Shown piece after piece: positions 56,401-64,000 of a DNA stretch of 64,000 bases. The notes under the pieces were generated by a model. That model did no database searches, was not told the origin of the DNA, and saw only the letters and a list, made by a program, of their open reading frames with translations. A program made the translations under genes and the position numbers. The DNA is from a virus: positions 18,908-82,907 of IMG/VR virus record IMGVR_UViG_3300025162_000041. One strand, written 5' to 3'. Each line of letters starts with the position of its first letter. The stretch's first letter is position 1.

Positions 56401-56756
56401 GTCAACTACCCACGACCCTAAAGGGTCGGGGCTTGCCAGAGTTTAGGTCCGACGATTGGCTTGTTGACGGTAGCCTGTCCAAAGAGTGCCTTACGGCACG
56501 AATTGGAGTGTTATCTTGTGTCATTGAAATACGCTCGGGGGGGAGCAAACTAATTGAATAGCGTTGTATTTCTCGACAAGAAACGATGCTTAATTGATTT
56601 TACTGGATAGAAGCAATTATTTTCTGCTATCCAAACCATATACCAAAGAACTATGTATAATATAGCGGAAACCGAGAAAGATGTCAATGGAAATTATTAA
56701 TTATATTTCGTTGCTCCTACCCTAAAGGGATAGAGGTTTCTGCAACGAGAAAATAT
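56401..56756 (-). mobile_element. ORF-less IS605 mini-element encoding a structured omega-RNA-like ncRNA
   Basis: Reverse complement is homologous to 23936-24332; TTGACA-17-TATATT promoter; right end CAAG-hairpin-tagtTGAC; TCAT target at 56757-56760. Confidence 0.82.
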
Positions 56757-56839
56757 ATGAAATTATTTTCAAAAGAAATTCTGGCGGTATGATGCCGTTA
56801 AGAAACAATGCAAGAATGCTTTAGAGAGGATATAAAAAA

Positions 56840-59800
56840 ATGCCAGGCCTTACGTATATCGAGAATGAACAACTTTTGCACAGTGGAAGTTTTTTTACTT
56901 CCAGTGGTGGACACATAACTATTACGCCGTATGAGGCACCACTTGGAAGCACTATTACGATTGGAGTAGTGGGTGGATATTCTATTCCATCGGTGTATCA
57001 GGTATCATTGATTGGAAGCCAGAGTATGTATGCTACCCAATCATTATTTGCTACATCTTCAATTTCGGCTAGTTATGCATCAACGGCTTCATATATTTCG
57101 TCCAGTAATATTATTGGTTATGTTACCGCTTTAAGTGCTTCATGGGCTAGTGCATCGATATCATCGAGTTATGCGATGCAAGCATTAAGTTCGTCGTATT
57201 CATCTGCATCTTTGAGTTCTTCATATGCATTAACTGCTTCATATGCTTACACCGCTTCTTTTGCGTTGAATTCCTCCGCCGCATTTTTTAGTACTCAAAC
57301 TCTATTTAGTACTCAATCATTATACACAACCCAATCATTATATGCTACACAGTCATTATATGCCACTCAAAGTACATATGCTACTCAATCGTTGTTTGCG
57401 AGTCAGTCTATTAATGCCTATAGTGCATCATGGGTTTCCGCATCAGTAACGATTAACTCCGCATTAGCAGCAACTCAATCATTATTTGCAACACAATCTC
57501 TGTTTAGTACACAGTCACTGTATGCAAGTCAATCTATCAATGCTTATTCTGCATCGTGGGTAAGTGCTTCTGCATTTATTACAACCGCTCAAACGGCAAG
57601 TTATATATCTTCTTCGGCGATATTTGATAAAACGATTTATAATCATACTGCTTCTAATGCTACCAGTGCTTCATATTCATTAAGTTCCAGTTATGCAATA
57701 AGTGCATCATATGGATTATCTTCTTCTTATAGTTTAAATGCGACGACTGCTTCTTATGTATCATCCAGTAATATTATTGGTTATGTTACCGCTTTAAGTG
57801 CTTCATGGGCATCGGCAAGTATATCAGCATCATTTGCGAATACTTCTTCATATCCTTGGTTTCAGACAGGTGGTAATATAGCTTATGTCGGTGGCAACGT
57901 CGGCATCGGGACGACGAGTCCCTTAACTTTATTGGAAATTCCTGGAAGTACAGCAAATAGTTCGTTGAAAGTCGGTTCATTTGAGGTTCAAGGTTATGCT
58001 GTCAATAACTCTTTGATTGGAGAAAATACTTATTTTGACGGTGTAGTAGCCAGAGCAAGATCCACAGGATATGGAAATTTAATTCAACTCAATTCTGGAG
58101 ATATTCAATTTAGAACAGCCCCTTCTGTTAGCGCTGGTTCTATTCAAACTTTTGCAACTCCGATGATTATTAAAAACGGTGGCAACGTCGGCATTGGTAC
58201 ACCAACTCCCGTTAATAAGTTAGATGTAGCAGGTAATATTTCTTGTTCCGTTATTACCGCTTCATTATTATTAGGAACAGCAACAAATGCATTAACAGCA
58301 TCTAGTGCCGATTATTTTCGCGTTAGAAATGATATAATTATTGACGGTGTATTGATTGCATCTCAATTAAGTTCCAGCAATATTTATATAACTTCCAGTT
58401 ATCTTATTGCGACGGACAATATATTATTATTAAATGCACAAACGCCGCATTTAAGATATGCTGGAATTGAAGTTTACGATTCCGGGTCAACCTTGCAATT
58501 AGCATCATTACTGTGGGATGGAATGAATAACTATTTCTTTTTATCCAGTTCAGATGGTGGGTGGAGTAGAAAAATTGTAATGGGTCCAGTAAATGAAACT
58601 GACCTTACACCGAATTATGTTCCAATAGCCGATAGTTTTACCAGCTTGAAAAATAGCGTCATTTATCAATCTGCTAGTAATGTCGGCATCGGGACGACGG
58701 CACCCAGTCAGAAGCTTGAAGTACTGGGTAATATATCTGCTTCTGGTTATATTATTTCTACCACCGATGGTTCAAAAATAACTGGTTCATTGTTAGGTAC
58801 TGCTTCTAATGCCACGAATGCAAATACTTCTTCTTATCCTTGGTTCCAAACTGGGAGTAATATCGCTTATGTCGGAGGAAATGTCGGCATCGGGACAGCA
58901 AATCCACGGGCAAAATTAGCAATCGAATCATCTACACCGACTGCTGGTGATGCTACAATTCGTTTGCAAACTTCTGCGGGTAATATTACAGTGGGAACTA
59001 TAATTGGTGATATAGAATATTATACTCAAGATGCATCTGTTAATGGAACTGGATTAGTAGCAAGAATGAGGGCTGTGTCTGAGGGGTTATTTATAGGCGC
59101 GGGTGTAAATAAATCGGCATTAAGTTTTTGGACTACTGATGTTACTGCGAATGCGGGAAGTATAATAGAAAGAATGCGAATTAATAGCGCTGGTAAAGTT
59201 GGAATAGGTACAACATCACCAACTAATTCATTAGACGTAGATGGGAATATATCCTGTTCAGTAATAACGGCATCATTATTATTAGGAACAGCAACAAATG
59301 CATTAACCGCAAGTTATGTAAGTAAATCCGTAATGGGGGATGGAGTATATAACATTGTATATCTTAATAGTGCAAGTTATGCATCACTTAATCCACCGTC
59401 GGCATCAACTCTCTATGCGGTAATGGCGGAAGATTTTAGAGTAACAGAAATTGATGATTTAAGAATTACCGAAGATGGATATTCCAGAATTACTCAATTA
59501 GGAAAATTGACATTATATTTGGGATTAAATCCAATAACAACTGATACAGCAAGTTATGCCACAACTTCATCCTATGCAATAAATGGATTTCAATCAATAT
59601 TTGCTACTCAATCAATTTACGCCAATAGTGCGTCGTGGATAAGTGCTTCGGTGTTTATAACTCTTTCCCAAACTGCGTCATATATTTCTTCTTCAGCAAT
59701 ATTTGATAAAACGATATATAATCTAACTTCGTCTTGGACTAATAATGCAATTACATCACTGACTGCTACGCAATCGTTGTTTGCTACACAGAGTATATAT

Positions 59801-61465
59801 GCCGCGAGTGCTTCATGGGTTAGTGCCTCAGTATTTATAACAACTGCACAAACTGCCTCATATATTTCTTCCTCGGCAATATTTGATAATAAAGTATATA
59901 ATCATACTGCATCTTGGACTAATAATGCAATTACTTCATTTACTAGTACTCAGTCATTATTTGCTACACAGAGTATATATGCCGCGAGTGCTTCGTGGGT
60001 AAGTGCATCTGCATTTATAACTACCGCTCAGACAGCATCATATATTTCTTCTTCGGCAATATTTGATAAAACTATATATAATCTAACATCGTCATATACA
60101 TTGACTGCTTCCTATGCACCAGTGGAACCCGCATATAGTGCGAGTGCGGCATCTTTGATTGGAACAAAACAACCACTATTAATTACTGGAAATACTTATA
60201 CAATTACATCATCGTGGGCAAATAGTTCAATATTTAGTATTAGTAATACATCATCTTCTTATGCATCTGCATCTACCAGTGCTTCTTATTCACCAGTAGA
60301 ACCTGCATATTCCGCTTCCGTCTCAATTATTTTTGGCACCAAGCAACCAAATTTGATTACTGGGAATACTTATACAATTACTGCAAGCTGGAGTAATAAT
60401 TCTTTAACCGCTTCTTATATATCTTCCAGTAATATTATTGGTTATGTTACCGCTTTAAGTTCTTCATGGGCTAGTGCATCAATATCATCTAGTTATGGAT
60501 TAAGTGCTTCATATGCAACGACAACAGGAACGGCAAATGCAATTTCATTTGTGCCCGCAACTGCTACTTCTGCATCGTGGGTTAGTGCCTCGGCATTTAT
60601 TACGTTATCACAAACTGCGTCATACATTTCTTCTTCGGCAGTATTTGATAATAAAATATATAATCATACTGCATCATGGGCTATTGTTTCATTAACTTCA
60701 TTGACAAGTACTCAGTCATTATTTGCTACTCAAAGTATTTATGCTACTTCTGCTTCATGGGTTAGTGCCTCGGTATTTATAACTTTAGCTCAAACTGCTT
60801 CGTATATTTCTTCTTCGGCAATATTTGATAATAAAGTATATAATCACACTGCATCGTGGGCAATAAATGCAATAACAGCCAGTTATTTAAGCAGTTCGGT
60901 AATGGGCAATGGGGTATATAACATAGTATATTTAAACAGTGCAAGTTATGCATCACTTAATCCACCATCATCATCAACACTGTATGTAGTGATGGCGGAA
61001 GATTTTAGAGTTACAGAAATTGATGATTTACGACTTACCGAAGATGGTTATTTAAGAATTACTCAATTAGGAAAATTGACATTATATCTTGGATTAAATC
61101 CAATAATAACCGATACAGCAAGTTATGCTACAACTTCATCGTATGCAATAAATGGATTTCAATCAACATATTTTACCGCTGCTGTTGCAAATATTCTATA
61201 CCCAGTAATCGTAACACCAACAGGTTCTTATACAAATGCTTGGTTTGATTATGGCGTAAATAGTGGAAGTAATAATAGATGTGGAACAATATTTGGTTGT
61301 TGGAATGGGAGTAATGTATCTTATGCAGAATATGCTAATGTGGATATTGGCGATACTTCTCAGGTCACAATTAGTATGGATATTAGTGCCTCAAACTTAA
61401 GATTGTTATCAACGGCAACAAATACAAATAATTGGAATATTAAAGTATCACCAAGATATTTATAA
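56840..61465 (+). CDS. long tail fibre-like protein
   Basis: Several GNVGIGT repeats, TASYISSSAIFD and ATQSLF repeats, a duplicated ~300-bp module. Confidence 0.8.
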   Translation: MPGLTYIENEQLLHSGSFFTSSGGHITITPYEAPLGSTITIGVVGGYSIPSVYQVSLIGSQSMYATQSLFATSSISASYASTASYISSSNIIGYVTALSASWASASISSSYAMQALSSSYSSASLSSSYALTASYAYTASFALNSSAAFFSTQTLFSTQSLYTTQSLYATQSLYATQSTYATQSLFASQSINAYSASWVSASVTINSALAATQSLFATQSLFSTQSLYASQSINAYSASWVSASAFITTAQTASYISSSAIFDKTIYNHTASNATSASYSLSSSYAISASYGLSSSYSLNATTASYVSSSNIIGYVTALSASWASASISASFANTSSYPWFQTGGNIAYVGGNVGIGTTSPLTLLEIPGSTANSSLKVGSFEVQGYAVNNSLIGENTYFDGVVARARSTGYGNLIQLNSGDIQFRTAPSVSAGSIQTFATPMIIKNGGNVGIGTPTPVNKLDVAGNISCSVITASLLLGTATNALTASSADYFRVRNDIIIDGVLIASQLSSSNIYITSSYLIATDNILLLNAQTPHLRYAGIEVYDSGSTLQLASLLWDGMNNYFFLSSSDGGWSRKIVMGPVNETDLTPNYVPIADSFTSLKNSVIYQSASNVGIGTTAPSQKLEVLGNISASGYIISTTDGSKITGSLLGTASNATNANTSSYPWFQTGSNIAYVGGNVGIGTANPRAKLAIESSTPTAGDATIRLQTSAGNITVGTIIGDIEYYTQDASVNGTGLVARMRAVSEGLFIGAGVNKSALSFWTTDVTANAGSIIERMRINSAGKVGIGTTSPTNSLDVDGNISCSVITASLLLGTATNALTASYVSKSVMGDGVYNIVYLNSASYASLNPPSASTLYAVMAEDFRVTEIDDLRITEDGYSRITQLGKLTLYLGLNPITTDTASYATTSSYAINGFQSIFATQSIYANSASWISASVFITLSQTASYISSSAIFDKTIYNLTSSWTNNAITSLTATQSLFATQSIYAASASWVSASVFITTAQTASYISSSAIFDNKVYNHTASWTNNAITSFTSTQSLFATQSIYAASASWVSASAFITTAQTASYISSSAIFDKTIYNLTSSYTLTASYAPVEPAYSASAASLIGTKQPLLITGNTYTITSSWANSSIFSISNTSSSYASASTSASYSPVEPAYSASVSIIFGTKQPNLITGNTYTITASWSNNSLTASYISSSNIIGYVTALSSSWASASISSSYGLSASYATTTGTANAISFVPATATSASWVSASAFITLSQTASYISSSAVFDNKIYNHTASWAIVSLTSLTSTQSLFATQSIYATSASWVSASVFITLAQTASYISSSAIFDNKVYNHTASWAINAITASYLSSSVMGNGVYNIVYLNSASYASLNPPSSSTLYVVMAEDFRVTEIDDLRLTEDGYLRITQLGKLTLYLGLNPIITDTASYATTSSYAINGFQSTYFTAAVANILYPVIVTPTGSYTNAWFDYGVNSGSNNRCGTIFGCWNGSNVSYAEYANVDIGDTSQVTISMDISASNLRLLSTATNTNNWNIKVSPRYL
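59297..61166 (+). repeat. ~300-bp internal duplication (59297-59597 and 60865-61166)
   Basis: Both encode VMG.GVYNIVYLNSASYASLNPPS.STLY.VMAEDFRVTEIDDLR.TEDGY.RITQLGKLTLYLGLNPI.TDTASYATTSSYAINGFQS. Confidence 0.9.
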
Positions 61466-61470
61466 GCATC

Positions 61471-62862
61471 ATGTCAACTAACACAAGAATAAGCAAATTG
61501 AACGAAGCTGGACCGATTACAGGAGCGGAATTGATTGAATTAGTGCAAGGAGGTTCATCTGTATATTCCACCGTCAGTAATATTTCTGTCACCGCCAGTG
61601 TATTGGGCACTGGTCCAAATGATTGGTATAATAAAAATGATAGTGAGATACCAGCTTTCGCTACCACTAACTCCCAATCAATGGCTGTTAGTACAGATTT
61701 ATTGATTTATGTAAATAATAAAGCGTATACTTTTACCAGCGGTAGTTCAGTCACTATGCCCGCTCTAATGCTCGCTGGTAATGATTACGGTATCTATGCC
61801 ACCACTTCTAGTAATCTAATCGCTACCTATACCAACACCAGTTCTATCGCTATGGGTGGCTATACACCGCCTTCTGGTTATGATAATACCAATTCCAGAT
61901 TGATAGGTGGCTTCTATTTCGCCCATTCAGGTAGTTCACCGCTCTCAATTCTTGGTAGAGACTGTTCTGGAGTCGGCAGTGCCTCAATCTCTATGAGTAG
62001 TGCCGCCCACGGATTAGTAACTGGTGATTATATAGATGTTATCCTAATGACTGATTATACCTACAATACCATAAATATCCCAATCACCGCAAGCGGAACC
62101 ACCACTATTACTTTTCCTCTTACTCACGGAGCAGAAGCATATACTGCTGATACCGCTGGTAAAATATACAAAATCAATAACACAGGTATAATAAATCAAT
62201 ATAGTATCTGGGACTTAAAGTTTAAGCCAAAATGTCCAGACCCCCGTGGTATGATACTAATAAATGACTCCTTCTGGGTCGATATCTGGATGACTAATGT
62301 ACAGTATCTTACAAAAGGAACTAGTAGAAAAGGCGAAAGAATTGCTGATGGAGAAGGTGGGGCTTCACTTCCGCTAATTTCGACGAAAATGGGAGGCAAT
62401 GGTACATCTGCTTATGGTAATTGTGACTGGTTTACATCAAATGAAGTATTATCTCATTGGGGCAAGAAACTTCTGAGTTATGCAGATTTTTGTGTAGCAG
62501 CGTTTAATGGAACTACAGAGAACGGGTCATATGGCGCTGATAATCAATATACGTGTAGGCCGAATGGGGCGCAGTGGTTGAGCAAGTGGGGGATGGAGCA
62601 ATCTTATGGGGTAATGTATATTTGGGGAGCAGATTTGAATTTTTATCACGGAGCAGATGTAAGTTACGGCTGGAGGAATGTTACTGGAGGCAGAGGTTAT
62701 ATTTACACGACACCTGACGGTATGGTAGCAGGTTTGTACGGTGGCTATTGGTCTGTTGGTTCCATTGCTGGTTCTCGTGCTTCGTATTGGTATAGTTTCG
62801 TTTGGAATAGTAACTACCTTGTTGGGTTGCGTGGCCGCTGTGAACATATTGTTGTTCCGTAG
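61471..62862 (+). CDS. Mtd-like receptor-binding protein with C-type-lectin/FGE fold (DGR target)
   Basis: INQYSIWDLKF.P.C.DPRGM...FWVDI; C-terminus GLYGGYWSVGSIAGSRASYWYSFVWNSNYLVGLRGRCEH parallels Bordetella phage Mtd. Confidence 0.87.
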   Translation: MSTNTRISKLNEAGPITGAELIELVQGGSSVYSTVSNISVTASVLGTGPNDWYNKNDSEIPAFATTNSQSMAVSTDLLIYVNNKAYTFTSGSSVTMPALMLAGNDYGIYATTSSNLIATYTNTSSIAMGGYTPPSGYDNTNSRLIGGFYFAHSGSSPLSILGRDCSGVGSASISMSSAAHGLVTGDYIDVILMTDYTYNTINIPITASGTTTITFPLTHGAEAYTADTAGKIYKINNTGIINQYSIWDLKFKPKCPDPRGMILINDSFWVDIWMTNVQYLTKGTSRKGERIADGEGGASLPLISTKMGGNGTSAYGNCDWFTSNEVLSHWGKKLLSYADFCVAAFNGTTENGSYGADNQYTCRPNGAQWLSKWGMEQSYGVMYIWGADLNFYHGADVSYGWRNVTGGRGYIYTTPDGMVAGLYGGYWSVGSIAGSRASYWYSFVWNSNYLVGLRGRCEHIVVP

Positions 62863-62879
62863 CGGAGCGGAAGCGAAGT
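62728..62879 (+). other. putative DGR variable region + IMH + downstream hairpin
   Basis: Inferred variable codons are all NNY; GC-rich gggttgcgtggccgctgtga; gcggagc-ggaa-gcgaagt after the stop. Confidence 0.75.
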
Positions 62880-63017
62880 GGAGGAGCAACACACTTTAAC
62901 TTTGTATTGATGATGAGAAAAATTGAATTTGGTATATTGATTATGATAGAAAAGAAGCAAGTTCGGTGCATAGAAAATAATATTTGGTATATAAAAAAGA
63001 AATAAATAAAAAAACAT

Positions 63018-64000
63018 ATGGCAACAAAAAAGATAAGTGAATTAAGTGTAGCTGGAGCGATAGGTGGTACAGAGATGGTAGAATTAGTACAAGCGGGATT
63101 ATCGGTACGTTCTACTGTCAGCAATGTATCTGCTACGGCCAGTATAGTTGGTGGTATACCGAATACTTTTTTTATAAAGGATAATTTAACGATACCAGCA
63201 TTTGCTACTACCAACTTACAATCAATGGCGGTAAACAGTAATTTATTGATTTATGTTAATAATAAACCATATACTTTTACCAGCGGTAGTACTATTACTA
63301 TGCCTGCAATAATGTTGGCAGGTAATGATTACGGTATCTATGCTACAACAAATAATACTCTAATCGCTACCTATACCAATACTGGCTCTACTCCATTAGC
63401 AGGTTATACTCCACCCGCAGGATATGATAGTACTAATTCAAGATTGGTAGGTGGCTTCTATTTCGCCCATTCAGGTAGTTCACCGCTCTCAATTCTTGGT
63501 AGAACTTGCTCTGGTACAAGTGCTTCAATATCTATGAGTAGCGTATCTCATGGTCTAGTTACAGGAGATTACGTTGATGTAATCCTAATAACTGATTATA
63601 CCTACAATACCACAAATATTCCTGTAACTGCAAGTGGTGCCACTATCACTTTTCCTCTTACTCACGGAGCAGAAGCATATACAGCAGATACCGCTGGTAA
63701 AATATACAAAATCAATAACACGGGTATAATAAATCAATATAGTATCTGGGACTTAAAGTTTAAGCCAAAGTGTCCAGACCCAAGAGGTATGATACTAGTA
63801 AATGACTCCTTCTGGGTCGATATCTGGATGACTGGAACGAATTATTTGACTAATGGCACAAGTAGGAAGGGACAGAGAATTGCTGATGGAGAAGGTGGGG
63901 CTTCACTTCCGCTAATTTCGACGAAAATGGGAGGCAATGGTACATCTGCTTATGGTAATTGTGACTGGTTTACATCAAATGAAGTATTATCTCATTGGGG
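63018..64000 (+). CDS. second Mtd-like paralog (partial, runs off the window)
   Basis: ATG at 63018 MATKKISELSVAG...; near-identical to 61471, e.g. 63880-63999 vs 62341-62460. Absent from the ORF track because it has no stop in the window. Confidence 0.85.
   Translation, partial: MATKKISELSVAGAIGGTEMVELVQAGLSVRSTVSNVSATASIVGGIPNTFFIKDNLTIPAFATTNLQSMAVNSNLLIYVNNKPYTFTSGSTITMPAIMLAGNDYGIYATTNNTLIATYTNTGSTPLAGYTPPAGYDSTNSRLVGGFYFAHSGSSPLSILGRTCSGTSASISMSSVSHGLVTGDYVDVILITDYTYNTTNIPVTASGATITFPLTHGAEAYTADTAGKIYKINNTGIINQYSIWDLKFKPKCPDPRGMILVNDSFWVDIWMTGTNYLTNGTSRKGQRIADGEGGASLPLISTKMGGNGTSAYGNCDWFTSNEVLSHW

Noticed and set aside
56401-56440. IscB/HEARO-type RNA starting GTCAACTACCC on the + strand
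   Set aside because: The internal promoter and the tnpB-like 3' motif point the other way, and there is no iscB ORF; better read as a minus-strand right end.
52603-61465. CRISPR array
   Set aside because: The repeats are degenerate, in-frame coding repeats without constant repeat/unique spacer structure.
62863-63017. DGR template repeat between the Mtd paralogs
   Set aside because: AT-rich spacer with no similarity to the variable region.
1-64000. Alternative genetic code (stop-codon reassignment)
   Set aside because: Long ORFs are intact in the standard code, and TAA, TAG and TGA all terminate recognisable genes.
1-64000. tRNA or rRNA genes
   Set aside because: No cloverleaf with T-loop/CCA or rRNA-like region was recognised by eye; a tRNAscan run would be needed to exclude them.

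Overview
AT-rich segment of a large T4-like (likely jumbo) myophage genome covering the virion morphogenesis module, read in the standard genetic code. It encodes terminase large subunit, portal, prohead protease, scaffold, major capsid protein, neck and tail-terminator proteins, a tail spike, Ser/Ala-rich tail fibres and two tandem Mtd-like receptor-binding genes. The complete Mtd-like gene ends in a typical DGR variable region; no template repeat or reverse transcriptase is seen in the window. Selfish elements are abundant: 6 inteins (4 in the portal, one starting with Pro), at least 6 free-standing endonuclease genes, and one intact tnpB IS605-type element without tnpA. There are also four ORF-less IS605 mini-cassettes that keep a promoter and an omega-RNA-like scaffold, plus two solo ends. 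Three of the four cassettes sit at or within a recurring putative late promoter (TATTTATA) and start-codon junction, and the fourth splits a gene right after its ATG. About a dozen small genes share an N-terminal 'MIKLxxLLxE'-type motif resembling a capsid-targeting, prohead-protease-cleaved signal. A 963-aa NUDIX/SleB/GNAT/ART-like polyprotein has similar motifs at its domain junctions. All calls come from reading motifs by eye; no database search was run.
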